From Acidobacteriota bacterium (lineage in GTDB: Bacteria > Acidobacteriota > Terriglobia > Terriglobales > Acidobacteriaceae), in NCBI GenBank assembly GCA_028872955.1, contig JAGWNX010000004.1, forward strand, positions 26,075 to 90,074: DNA of 64,000 bases, given 5' to 3'. Below are positions 34,129 to 43,320 of the stretch, in pieces. The notes below the pieces were generated by a model, which did not search any database, was not told the origin of the DNA, and saw only the letters and a program-made list of their open reading frames with translations. The position numbers were made by a program, and so were the translations under genes. How positions within the stretch are numbered: position 1 is the stretch's first letter; each line of letters begins with the position of its first letter.

Positions 34129-35946
34129 TCAGGCCGTCGCCGGAATCAGGCTGGCCTGGGACGAGTTCGGGGCTGGATCGTCCGTTGCGCGGCGGCGCTG
34201 CAGCGGCGACTGATAGCCGGTAGCCACAGACGACGTCTCAATCGGGAAGTAGGCGCTGGTAAAGTACTGCTCCAGCATGCGGTGCGTATTGAAGAACGCC
34301 CCGTTGATCGCGATGCAGTGGCGCTGCATCGCAGCCCAGGCCGTGGGGTTGGCATACAGCGGGGCAATGGAGTGCTGCAGCTTCTCGTACAGGCTGTTGG
34401 CCTCAGCTTCTTCCGAGTCGCCATCCTCAATCGCCCACCCGGTAATGTTCTCGGCGCAGCCTTCGATCCACCAGCCGTCCAGGATCGAGAGCGAGGGCAC
34501 ACCGTTCAGCGCGGCCTTCATGCCGGAGGTTCCAGAGGCTTCATACGGGCGTCGCGGCGTGTTCACCCAGACGTCAACCCCCTGGGTGAGCGCAGCGCCA
34601 AGGTCCCAGTCATAGTTCTCCAGGTAGACAATCTTGAGCGCCGAACTGCTGAGCCGCGAGGCTGCCGCGAAGACATCGCGGATCAGGCCCTTGCCTGCAT
34701 TGTCGGCCGGGTGCGCCTTGCCCGCGTACACGATCTGCAAGCCGCCGATCTTCTCCGCAATCGCGACCAGGCGTTTGGGGTCGTGCAGCAGCAGGCTGGC
34801 CCGCTTGTAGGTCGCCACGCGCCGGGCAAAGCCCAGGGTCAGCACCGTGGGGTTAAACTTCAGCCCGGTGCGCTGCGCAATGGTGCGAAACAGGCTCAGC
34901 TTGCCCTTCAGGTGCGCGTGCGCCACCAGAGCCGGATCGATGCCATAGACGGAGCGGAAGTACTGGTTGTCCGTTCGCCAGGCCGGAACCTGATCGTCCA
35001 GCAGCTCCTGAAACGCGCGCGACAGCCAGGTGGCCGCGTGCACGCCGTTGGTAATGGAGTGCACCGGATACTCCGGAAACATCTGCTGCGAGACCTTGCC
35101 ATGCTGCATGGCGACACCGTTGACGTAGCGCGAGAAGCGCAGCGCGATGTAGGTCATATTCATCAGGCCGTTGTGCAGGCAGCCGATACGCTCAATGGCG
35201 GAGGCGCGCTCGTGGCCCAGCACCTGGTACATCTGGTCCAGGCCGAACTGGTCATGCCCGGCCGGCACCGGCGTGTGCGTGGTAAAGACGCACTGCCGTC
35301 GAACGGCTTGAATATCGGCCTCGGTTGCATCGCGCAGCGAGCCACCCTGCAGCTGGGTCTCCAGCAGCGCCAGCGCCAGCAGCGCGGCGTGGCCCTCATT
35401 CATGTGGTGCACCTGCGGCTTGACGCCAAGTGCCGAAAGGATGGCGATGCCGCCCAGGCCGAGCACGGCCTCCTGGCAGAGCCGGTAGTACGTGTCGCCG
35501 CCGTACAGATGATCGGTCAGGCGACGATCCCACGGGTCATTGCCCTCGATATCGGTATCCAGCAGGAACACCGGCAGAATGTGGCCGGTGACACCGATGA
35601 CGTCAAACCGCCAGGCGCGTACCTGAATCTCGCGGCCCTGCAGGCTGAGTGTGACGGTCTCGCCAGCCTGGGGCAGCGTGGTCTCTGGCGACCACGGCAC
35701 GTCCGTCTCCGTCTGTTGCCCGACAGAGTCCAGGTGCTGCCGGAAGTATCCACGCCGATGCGCCAGCGACACGGCCACCATCGGGGCTGAGGTGTCTGCC
35801 CCCGAACGCAAGGTGTCGCCAGCAAGCATGCCAAGTCCGCCCGAGTAGGTCGGCAACGAGGGGGAGAGGGCAATCTCCATGGAGAAGTACGCGATGGTGC
35901 GATTGGAGAGATCCGGGGCGGGGTACGACGACGAGACGAGGCTCAT
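34129..35946 (-). CDS. glgP: Alpha-glucan phosphorylase (short form)
   Basis: YFSMEI, YSGGLGMLAGD, RLCQE, HMNEGH, FTTHTP, ITNGVH, FARR..YKR, PLP motif EASGTSGMKA. Confidence 0.93.
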   Translation of the reverse strand: MSLVSSSYPAPDLSNRTIAYFSMEIALSPSLPTYSGGLGMLAGDTLRSGADTSAPMVAVSLAHRRGYFRQHLDSVGQQTETDVPWSPETTLPQAGETVTLSLQGREIQVRAWRFDVIGVTGHILPVFLLDTDIEGNDPWDRRLTDHLYGGDTYYRLCQEAVLGLGGIAILSALGVKPQVHHMNEGHAALLALALLETQLQGGSLRDATEADIQAVRRQCVFTTHTPVPAGHDQFGLDQMYQVLGHERASAIERIGCLHNGLMNMTYIALRFSRYVNGVAMQHGKVSQQMFPEYPVHSITNGVHAATWLSRAFQELLDDQVPAWRTDNQYFRSVYGIDPALVAHAHLKGKLSLFRTIAQRTGLKFNPTVLTLGFARRVATYKRASLLLHDPKRLVAIAEKIGGLQIVYAGKAHPADNAGKGLIRDVFAAASRLSSSALKIVYLENYDWDLGAALTQGVDVWVNTPRRPYEASGTSGMKAALNGVPSLSILDGWWIEGCAENITGWAIEDGDSEEAEANSLYEKLQHSIAPLYANPTAWAAMQRHCIAINGAFFNTHRMLEQYFTSAYFPIETSSVATGYQSPLQRRRATDDPAPNSSQASLIPATA

Positions 35947-36162
35947 GCGAACGGGTCCTTGGGCTCGACGGCCCTCCAGCAGATGAAACTGGACCGACGA
36001 GGTTCCGGGAGAGACGCAGCCAGCGCGTAGCAGGACTGTCTTGCTCCCTGAATGTCACTTCTAATGGTAGCAAATGCCATGTCAAAGCTGCGGGAACTAT
36101 GGTAACCCGAAGAGGGGATGGACTTGGCCACGGCTGAGCTGCCGCGCGAGCTGCTGCCTGCC

Positions 36163-36468
36163 CTAGAACCTGTCGTGGGTGATGAAACCAAGCCGCAGCG
36201 CCAGCCCCAGACCACCGGCCAGCACCAGCGCCAGGGTGGTCCACGGTGCTGCGGTCGAGAATCGCTTGCGCGCCGCCTGGATGAGCAACAGGATGAAATA
36301 GATTGCCAGCATCAGGAGCAGGCCGTCCCAGATAAAGAAGCGGCTGACAGCAGCCGAGGTGGCGCCATCGAGCGTGGTCTGCAGCCGGAACGGACGCGCG
36401 AAGCTACCTGCCGCAAAGACAAGGAAGAAGAGCAGGAACTGCAGAAGGATACTGAACACACGCTTCAT
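36163..36468 (-). CDS. Small membrane protein (3 TM)
   Basis: MKRVFSILLQFLLF...; hydrophobic helices; GGAG-like SD. Confidence 0.65.
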   Translation of the reverse strand: MKRVFSILLQFLLFFLVFAAGSFARPFRLQTTLDGATSAAVSRFFIWDGLLLMLAIYFILLLIQAARKRFSTAAPWTTLALVLAGGLGLALRLGFITHDRF

Positions 36469-36609
36469 GGGCGTCTCTCGCGCGGGCGACGAGCGTGCCG
36501 GAGCGGAGAGCACTGCGGCACGGCACGTCGAAAGATAGAGCCAGTGTCGCAGGGGGGCTGCCGCTTGGCAAGCATCTTAAGTGCCTGAGATGCCTCAGGA
36601 TGCGCCAAA

Positions 36610-37509
36610 CTAAACATCACACAGGGTGACTGCCTCTGCCAGCGACGTGAGCGGATCGCGGCTGGGCACAAACTCATGGGCAACATAGCCCTGGAAGCCC
36701 GTGGCGACAATGGCACGCATGACCGCCGGCCACTGTACCTCCTGGGTATCATCCAGTTCGTGCCGCCCGGGGACTCCGCCCGTGTGGTAGTGGCCGATCC
36801 AGGCGGCGTTGCTGCGGATCGTCTGGATCAGGTCCCCCTCCATAATCTGCATGTGGTAGATGTCGTAGAGCAGTTTGACATGCGGCGAGCTCACGGCGGC
36901 TGCCACCTCCACGCCCCAGGCGGTGAAGTCGCACATGTAGCCCGGGTGATCCCGCTTGCTGTTCAGCAGCTCCAGGTGGATGGTAAGGCCGTGATCCTGC
37001 AGGATGGGCAGCAGGCGGCGGAGGCCTAGGATGGTATTGCGGGCCCCTTCGGCATCGGAGAGGCCCTCGCGCAAGCCCGAGAAGGTGATGACGTCCGTAA
37101 CGCCGGCGTGCTGCAGCGCGGGCAGGTTCTGGCGCAGGCCCGCCTCAATCGCCGCGTGGTTCTCCAGCCGGTTCAGGCCGCGGTTGATCTCGCCGGCACC
37201 GGCGTAGCCCATGGTGCAGCGCAGCCCATAGCGGGCGGGCACCTCAAACTCCTCTGGCTGCAGCAGGTCAATGCCCTGCAGGCCAAGCTGGGCAGCAGCG
37301 GCACACAACTGGTCGAGCGTCAGCCCCTTGTAGCACCAGCGCGAGACAGACTGGCGGATTCGGCCCTTGCGGGGGACCGGAGCGGCGGTCACGGAGCTCG
37401 CCCCCCCGACCGCTGCCTGTGCCGCAAGCGGGGTGGCAGCGCCCAGCAGCGGAGCGAGCGCTGCGGCGGAACTGTGCTGCAGAAGTTGGCGACGGGTCAT
37501 TTGGCTCAT
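36610..37509 (-). CDS. Hydroxypyruvate isomerase / xylose-isomerase-like TIM barrel protein with Tat-like signal
   Basis: TRRQLL signal, LELLNS..DHPGY, LLYDIYHMQIMEGDL, IGHYHTGGVPGRHE, HEF. Confidence 0.88.
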   Translation of the reverse strand: MSQMTRRQLLQHSSAAALAPLLGAATPLAAQAAVGGASSVTAAPVPRKGRIRQSVSRWCYKGLTLDQLCAAAAQLGLQGIDLLQPEEFEVPARYGLRCTMGYAGAGEINRGLNRLENHAAIEAGLRQNLPALQHAGVTDVITFSGLREGLSDAEGARNTILGLRRLLPILQDHGLTIHLELLNSKRDHPGYMCDFTAWGVEVAAAVSSPHVKLLYDIYHMQIMEGDLIQTIRSNAAWIGHYHTGGVPGRHELDDTQEVQWPAVMRAIVATGFQGYVAHEFVPSRDPLTSLAEAVTLCDV

Positions 37510-37522
37510 GGCGCGGTCTTCC

Positions 37523-38422
37523 TCAGGGCAGCATGTGAATCGTGTGCAGCCAGGTCTCTGCCAGCGCCGGCCAGTGCGTAATGGGCTGATCCGTGGGTCG
37601 CAGGCCAAAGCCGTGACCACCGTCGGCGTAGAGGTGCAGCTCCGCAGGCACACCAGCCTGCTTCAGGGTCTGGAAGTAGACCAGCGAGTTCTCTTCATGC
37701 ACGGGGTCATCCTCGGCCTGCAGGATGAAGGTCGGCGGCGTCTTGTCCTTCGCCGGGTCAACCCCGGGGGCGATCTTGTCCAGCGCCGGGCCGACGGCCA
37801 GGTAGCCCGGGTAAAGGACGAAGGCGAAGTCTGGCCGGGCAGAGGCCTGTCCAACGGCCTCGCCGGGGCGGCGGTAGTCGTAGTGGGAGCTGAGCGTGAC
37901 CACCAGATGCGCGCCTGCGGAGAAGCCCAGTGCGCCGACGCGATCCGGATGAAGATGCCACGCAGCCGCGTGCGCACGCGTGATGCGCATCGCCTGCTGC
38001 GCGTCCTCCAGGTCGGCGGCGTTCTCCGGGTAGTGATTCGGGAAAGGCACGCGGTACTTGATGAGGGCGCAGTTGACGCCGATGGAGTTGAGCCAGCTGC
38101 AGACCTCGGTCCCCTCCAGGTCATAGGCCAGAATGCGATACCCACCGCCGGGAAACACCACCACCGTGGTGCCGGAGTTGTGAGCGGCTGGCGCGGGGTA
38201 CCAGGCCAGTGTGGGATGGCTGACGTTGGTCAGGTGCATCAGCGGACGACCTGCGACCAGACGATCCGTAGGGAGCGTGATGTCCTTCTCCACCGGGTCG
38301 CCGGTGTAGGCCTCTGGCGCGCCGTTGGGCCAGAGCGGCAGGGTAACGGACTGGGCGACCGCCAATGTGGTGGGTGCCAGCAGGGCGAGCGCAGCGGTGA
38401 GCAAAAGGGCCGGAGTTTTCAC
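37523..38422 (-). CDS. Secreted alpha/beta hydrolase (esterase-like)
   Basis: FPGGGY, GFSAG nucleophile elbow, QAEDD, HGFG; GTG start at 38422. Confidence 0.88.
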   Translation of the reverse strand: MKTPALLLTAALALLAPTTLAVAQSVTLPLWPNGAPEAYTGDPVEKDITLPTDRLVAGRPLMHLTNVSHPTLAWYPAPAAHNSGTTVVVFPGGGYRILAYDLEGTEVCSWLNSIGVNCALIKYRVPFPNHYPENAADLEDAQQAMRITRAHAAAWHLHPDRVGALGFSAGAHLVVTLSSHYDYRRPGEAVGQASARPDFAFVLYPGYLAVGPALDKIAPGVDPAKDKTPPTFILQAEDDPVHEENSLVYFQTLKQAGVPAELHLYADGGHGFGLRPTDQPITHWPALAETWLHTIHMLP

Positions 38423-38512
38423 GCACACATAGTACGTGAATCCTGCACAGCGAACCACTCGGGCATCCGACCGCCCGGGCAGCGGTCGGATGCCGCAGGA
38501 GGGCTGCTGTTG

Positions 38513-40090
38513 CTAGTGCTGCGCGGCCTCAAACACCTGGAAGCGATGCTCCAGCTCCCACTGCTGCGTCGCCTTGTCACTGCTGTGCAGAAAGGCGGCA
38601 CAGGCGGCTGTGGGCTTGGCGCTGCCGATGGGTTGGGCCGCGCAGGCAGCCACCGTACGGGTAAAGACGTCCTGCTGCAGCCAGAGGTCTGGCCCGGCCA
38701 GAAAGCTGTGCTCCAGCCCGGTGCGAGCCATGTTCTTCAGGTCCACATAGCCCAGGTGGAACTCCTGCGCGGCGCGCGTGTACTCGTGGGTCATGTCGAT
38801 GCGCGAGACGCCCTCATCGTCGGTGGAGAGCGAGACCGGCACATGCGCGGCACGGTAGGCGGGCAGCGGATGATCCTTGCCACGGACGCCGAGGATCACG
38901 TCGTTGGAGGTCAGGTTGATCTCCACCATCACATGGCGCGCGGCCAGTTCGTGCAGCAGCGCGTGCGGGTCGTGCTCGTACATCGCATCCACGCCGTGGC
39001 CGATGCGCTCGGCGTGGCCCAGCTCGACGGCTTCGCGGATGTGGAAGCTGAGGCCATCCGGCGGCACCAGGCCCGGGGCCAGTTCCCCGGCGTGCAGCGA
39101 GATGTGTACCCCGGGATAGACGCCGTGCAGGTAGTCGAGCATCAGCATCTGGCGGTGGTACTCGTGCATCGCCAGGTACGCGTCCTCAGGCTGCACGAAG
39201 TTGATGCCCACCACGTTCGAGTCGTGCGCAGCCAGTTCAAAGTACAGCAGCGTCTGGGCGAAGACGCGTGGCGCAGCGGCGGCACGCAGCACCTGGCCAA
39301 GGAAGCGGATCTGGATGCGGCAACCGGGCGCAGCCTGTGCCGTGCCGCAGTGCTCCAGGGCAGCGCGCGCGGCAAGCGCCTGCTGCAGCTGGCGAGAGGC
39401 GGCGGCGATGTTCTGCTGGAACTCCGGCGCGGCCAGCAGCCGACTGCGCATCTGCGCCAGCTCTGCGGGCGTGGCGTCGCGCGGGCTGTCGTCCGGGTTC
39501 TGCGGCCACCCAAGCTGCTTGCTAAGCGCGACCGCGGGGCCAAAGCCCGGCGTCTGCATGATCTCGAGATACTGCTCGTTCTGCGCTGCTGCGCGCGTGG
39601 CAACTTCGTCCAGCCACTCGCCGGCGTGGCCGTTGCCGACACCGCCGAAGCGGCCAAAGGTGGCGAAGAACTGGTCGTGACCGCTGACGCCGGGCGTGGG
39701 GACGAAGCTGCGCATGGAGAAGGAGTCCACCAGCGCGTCGTAGAGTCGCTGATCGTGAAAGACGTCAGCGGCGGGCCGCAACGGCGCGGCACAGGGCTCG
39801 TGCAGCGGGGCTCCGGCGGCGTTCTCGGCAAAGGCTGCTGCCGTCACGTCCACACACAGGTGGTCGGCGGCACCCTGGTCCAGGAAGCTCTCCGCGTAGA
39901 CCGCGCCGCTCAGGTGCATGTGCAGGTCGGCACCCTTCGGCATGTCGGCAAGGAGGGCGTGCAGTTGCAACGGCGAGCTGCGGGCAGCCTCTAAAGCGCG
40001 GGCGGCACGGGCCTCACCAGCAGTGGACTGTGCCAACACAGAACACGACAGAAATGGAACCACCAAAAGAGCAGCGATCGAGCGGCGCAT
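38513..40090 (-). CDS. Secreted adenosine deaminase (long, ADA2/ADGF-like)
   Basis: Signal peptide, MPKGADLHMHLSG, HAGE, RIGHG, STDD. Confidence 0.85.
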   Translation of the reverse strand: MRRSIAALLVVPFLSCSVLAQSTAGEARAARALEAARSSPLQLHALLADMPKGADLHMHLSGAVYAESFLDQGAADHLCVDVTAAAFAENAAGAPLHEPCAAPLRPAADVFHDQRLYDALVDSFSMRSFVPTPGVSGHDQFFATFGRFGGVGNGHAGEWLDEVATRAAAQNEQYLEIMQTPGFGPAVALSKQLGWPQNPDDSPRDATPAELAQMRSRLLAAPEFQQNIAAASRQLQQALAARAALEHCGTAQAAPGCRIQIRFLGQVLRAAAAPRVFAQTLLYFELAAHDSNVVGINFVQPEDAYLAMHEYHRQMLMLDYLHGVYPGVHISLHAGELAPGLVPPDGLSFHIREAVELGHAERIGHGVDAMYEHDPHALLHELAARHVMVEINLTSNDVILGVRGKDHPLPAYRAAHVPVSLSTDDEGVSRIDMTHEYTRAAQEFHLGYVDLKNMARTGLEHSFLAGPDLWLQQDVFTRTVAACAAQPIGSAKPTAACAAFLHSSDKATQQWELEHRFQVFEAAQH

Positions 40091-40135
40091 GGGCAAGGTC
40101 CTTCAGTTGGGGTGTGATGTGTGCAAGCATACCGC

Positions 40136-40182
40136 ACTCCAGCTGCTAGGACTCCAGCTGCCAGAACTCCAGCTGCCAGGAC
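40136..40182. repeat. Tandem repeat, 3 x 15 bp (ACTCCAGCTGCYAGR)
   Basis: actccagctgctagg / actccagctgccaga / actccagctgccagg. Confidence 0.9.
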
Positions 40183-40230
40183 GGCGGTTGAAGTCTGACA
40201 GGCACAGCGAACGAACGGCACCGGCACGAT

Positions 40231-40259
40231 TTGGCGGAATCACTCCCGATTGCTATACT
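40231..40259 (+). promoter_or_regulatory. Sigma70-type promoter for tRNA-Phe
   Basis: TTGGCG-17 nt-TATACT. Confidence 0.65.
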
Positions 40260-40380
40260 GAGTTTGCGTTTGCGTCACGGGCGTTCTGCCGGTGACTTGC
40301 TCCCCTGCGACAGGCTGGTGCGACAGACGAGACCCTCAGGCGACCTTGGCGGCCCTGAGCGTGTGCAGCAGCAATGCCAA

Positions 40381-40455
40381 GGCCAGATAGCTCAGTGGTA
40401 GAGCGCGGCCCTGAAAAGGCCGGCGTCGGCGGTTCGATCCCGTCTCTGGCCACCA
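40381..40455 (+). tRNA. tRNA-Phe (GAA)
   Basis: Acceptor stem GGCCAGA/TCTGGCC, anticodon arm CGGCC-CTGAAAA-GGCCG, GGTTCGATCC T-loop, encoded CCA. Confidence 0.97.
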
Positions 40456-40458
40456 TTA

Positions 40459-40521
40459 AATCAATAACTTAGCGGCGACCAGATTTAGCTCAAATTAGTC
40501 GAAGACACATATTGGACACAT
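40459..40521. promoter_or_regulatory. Att-site accessory sequences: IHF consensus site and GACACAT direct repeats
   Basis: AATCAATAACTTA (40459-40471) matches WATCAANNNNTTR. GACACAT occurs at 40504 and 40515, 11 bp apart. Confidence 0.55.
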
Positions 40522-40553
40522 TCTCAATACCAGACAGCACCTCTCAGTACCTG

Positions 40554-41690
40554 TCAGGCGGTCTGTTCTAACTTCTGTTGCCCAGTTTCCGCAATCTCCC
40601 TCCCCTCTGACTGCGGCTTTAGCTTGCCCCAAATTTCGCGGGATACACTGCCGGTCTTCACGATGTGCGCCCGAGCGAGGTCTGCATACCGTTCCGTCAT
40701 CTTGATGTTGGAATGCCCAAGCAGCTTCGAGAGCTCGTAAATATCACCGCCGGACATCATGTACCAGGACGCGAAGGTGTGACGCAGGTCGTGGAAACGA
40801 AAGTCTCGAATCTCTGCTCGTTCGAGCAGTTCACGGAGACTCTTGTCCGCACGCTGACGTCCACTTGTTGCGCCGGGCTCAGGGGGCAAAATCCGATCCT
40901 CTCCGAGGACAGCCGGATACCTTCGGATCTCCTCAGCGAGTTCGGGTGACAAGGGCACGTGACGTATCGTTCCTTTCTTAAGCTTTGCCCTCACCACGAT
41001 CAATCCCTCGTTGTAGAGAATGTCTCTCCACTCGAGACGAAAGATCTCCCCGCGCCGCATACCGGTTCCAACGGCAATGAGTACCAACAACCGCAGACGA
41101 AGATTCGTCTTGTTGATGTCCTTCGTGCCCTTCCGGTACATCCTCTCGTCGAGAGCGACCATTAATCTTGGAAACTCTTCTTCTGACAGGTAGCGCTTCC
41201 GAGTATCGTCGACATGTTCAACTTCCACCTGGTCGGCAGGGTTCCGGTCGATGCCGGTCACTGTCGCCCAGATGGTGGATGCCTTCCTCATCATGTGGTG
41301 CATGACGTGGAAGTGGCGCTCGGCTGTGTTTACGGCCAACTCACGAACATCCGTCAGATTGTCGTACCACTCCTGCACAGCCATTCCATCCACCTCTCGT
41401 ACGAACATTCGGCCAAGCGCGGCACGGATGCCCTCGACGATGCTCTTCTCTCGATCCGCAGACCTTTTCTTTACCCCGTATTGGGTCCAATACTTATCGA
41501 TCAGGTCGTCCATCCGGTAGTTAATTTGCTTCTTCACATCGAGGTGCCGGTTTTCAGCTCGAAGTGTGAGTTTCTTATCCTGAATTTTCTTTGCGAGTTT
41601 TGCCGAGCCGTGAACAATCACGCTCCGTGCGCGGCCTCCCTCTCTCCAACGGACCTTGTACAACTTTTCATCTAACTTTGTGACAGACAT
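40554..41690 (-). CDS. int: Tyrosine recombinase (phage-type integrase)
   Basis: TGMRRGE, RFHDLRHTFAS, LLGHSNIKMTERY; R/H-x-x-R/H/Y catalytic residues intact. Confidence 0.95.
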   Translation of the reverse strand: MSVTKLDEKLYKVRWREGGRARSVIVHGSAKLAKKIQDKKLTLRAENRHLDVKKQINYRMDDLIDKYWTQYGVKKRSADREKSIVEGIRAALGRMFVREVDGMAVQEWYDNLTDVRELAVNTAERHFHVMHHMMRKASTIWATVTGIDRNPADQVEVEHVDDTRKRYLSEEEFPRLMVALDERMYRKGTKDINKTNLRLRLLVLIAVGTGMRRGEIFRLEWRDILYNEGLIVVRAKLKKGTIRHVPLSPELAEEIRRYPAVLGEDRILPPEPGATSGRQRADKSLRELLERAEIRDFRFHDLRHTFASWYMMSGGDIYELSKLLGHSNIKMTERYADLARAHIVKTGSVSREIWGKLKPQSEGREIAETGQQKLEQTA

Positions 41691-41702
41691 CTGACTTCTC
41701 CT

Positions 41703-41954
41703 TTAGTCAATGGGTTCGATTGTGTGTTGCTCGATATAGCGCTTAAGAGCCACTAGATCGAACCGCAACGCACGACCGGCCTTGACGTGAGAAATTGACC
41801 GCTCCTGGACCCATTTGTGGAGGGTGTCCACGCTTAGGCCCAAGTATTCGGCCGCATCCTCAACTTTCAGGAGCCGCCTTCCAATACCTTCATTTGACAC
41901 CAAGCGAGCAGAATTTTCAGGGTTTTCGGCCTTAGGCCTCCGGAGAATTGCCAT
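41703..41954 (-). CDS. xis: Excisionase-like HTH protein
   Basis: LLKVEDAAEYLGLSVDTLHKWVQERSISHVKAGRALRF; GGAGG 8 nt before ATG 41954. Confidence 0.85.
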   Translation of the reverse strand: MAILRRPKAENPENSARLVSNEGIGRRLLKVEDAAEYLGLSVDTLHKWVQERSISHVKAGRALRFDLVALKRYIEQHTIEPID

Positions 41955-42021
41955 AACCACTTCCTCCTGCCGGAGTGAGATCTAGAGGTGCTAACTCCGC
42001 GCGTTGGGTATATGTAGGGCG

Positions 42022-42115
42022 AATCCAAATCTCGGTCAAATCTCATTCGTCCCCTCGTAGGGAATGGCATGCTCGTCAGCCGAGCGAATGGTGTGATTTG
42101 ACTGAGTTTCCGATT
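42022..42115. promoter_or_regulatory. Divergent pair of element-specific 21-bp motifs
   Basis: GATTTGACCGAGATTTGGATT (minus, 42042-42022) and GATTTGACTGAGTTTCCGATT (plus, 42095-42115). Confidence 0.7.
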
Positions 42116-42152
42116 GAGACAATCCTGTGCCAGAAGTGAGGAGGTATCGGAT

Positions 42153-42407
42153 ATGAAATCAACGAGCGGTATACCGCTGGCCTTTTTCTTGACCGTCATG
42201 AACGTATGGGCAGCGTGGCAGTTTGGCGTGCCCCTATGGCAGGTCTGGGGAGCGGATCCACTGAAACGTGTAGGCCTACTGTTGATGTCAGGTATTGCCT
42301 CCGCGAGCCTGTGTCATGCCTGGGCACAGATTCTCAAGATCAGACAGCTTCAGCAACGCTTGACGGCAATATCAGCGCCTCCCACCTCGGAGGTTGCCGA
42401 TGTTTGA
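42153..42407 (+). CDS. Small membrane protein (2 TM), hypothetical
   Basis: GAGGAGG SD; overlaps the start of the next gene. Confidence 0.65.
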   Translation: MKSTSGIPLAFFLTVMNVWAAWQFGVPLWQVWGADPLKRVGLLLMSGIASASLCHAWAQILKIRQLQQRLTAISAPPTSEVADV

Positions 42408-43320
42408 GTCAATGCATGCTCTCTCCACAGGCCTAAACTCTGCAGGCTACTTCATCAACCCAGTGATGACGCAGGTCGTCTTCCTCGCGACACGACTGCA
42501 GAAGCCTCTCTTGCTGGAAGGTCCGGCCGGATCGGGCAAAACGCAGCTTGCCTTATCTGTCGCTAAAGCGGGCAGGACGCACATTGAACGATTGCAGTGC
42601 TACCAAGGCGTCACCGAGGCGCAGGCCATCGGTAGCTTCGACGCCGGGCTACAGCGTCTTTACCTCGAGTTCTCGAAGAATCAGCATTCCGACTGGCAAT
42701 CACTTCAAGCCAATCTCACTGGACGGGAGTTCTTCCGACCCGGACCGCTGATGCGCGCTCTCGAATGCGAACGGCCATGCGTCTTGCTGATCGACGAACT
42801 CGATAAGGTCGACGACGGCTTCGAGGCGATGCTGCTGGAAATCCTTTCAGCTTGGCAGCTCTCCATTCCCGAGTTCGGTACGGTACGAGCGAAGAGCATT
42901 CCTTTCGTAGTGCTCACCAGTAACGAGGAGAGGCGGCTAGGGGACCCGATCCGCAGACGGAGTCTCTATGTTCGGGTCGAGCATCCGACCCCAGAGCTCG
43001 AAGCCGACATCATCGCCAGCCGCACTCCTGAGGCGAAGGCCAGCTTCCATCGTGAAATTGCTGGCATCGCTCGATCCTTCCGAAACTACTCGCTCGAAAA
43101 GCCTCCCTCCGTCTCGGAGATGATCGATTTCGCGCGAGCTCTGCAGGTCTTAGGGACAAATCATGTCACCGAAGATTTACGCGATGTTCTTCTGCCATTC
43201 CTGGCAAAAACAGAGAAGGACCGCCGTCACCTAATGTTGCGGGAGGGCTTCAAGAGCCTGCTGAACGACGGTGCGAAATACGCGAAGGAACTTGCTTCGC
43301 CTGAGGGGGCTCTGCCATGA
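42400..43320 (+). CDS. MoxR/CoxD-type AAA+ ATPase
   Basis: LLLEGPAGSGKT, RLQCYQG, VLLIDELDK, VVLTSN, IRRR, PPSVSEMIDFARAL. Confidence 0.85.
   Translation: MFESMHALSTGLNSAGYFINPVMTQVVFLATRLQKPLLLEGPAGSGKTQLALSVAKAGRTHIERLQCYQGVTEAQAIGSFDAGLQRLYLEFSKNQHSDWQSLQANLTGREFFRPGPLMRALECERPCVLLIDELDKVDDGFEAMLLEILSAWQLSIPEFGTVRAKSIPFVVLTSNEERRLGDPIRRRSLYVRVEHPTPELEADIIASRTPEAKASFHREIAGIARSFRNYSLEKPPSVSEMIDFARALQVLGTNHVTEDLRDVLLPFLAKTEKDRRHLMLREGFKSLLNDGAKYAKELASPEGALP

Noticed and set aside
37367-39994. 875-aa plus ORF, and similar long ORFs at 33940-35790, 12912-14525 and 11101-12504
   Set aside because: These are stop-poor antisense frames of well-supported genes in high-GC DNA, with no motifs of their own.
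40253-40456. 67-aa ORF MVARDGIEPPTPAFSG
   Set aside because: It is the antisense reading of tRNA-Phe, a common false gene.
42119-42129. AATCCTG as an IncP-type nic site
   Set aside because: It is a short partial match with no adjacent oriT-style inverted repeat or relaxase, and it lies in a promoter region.
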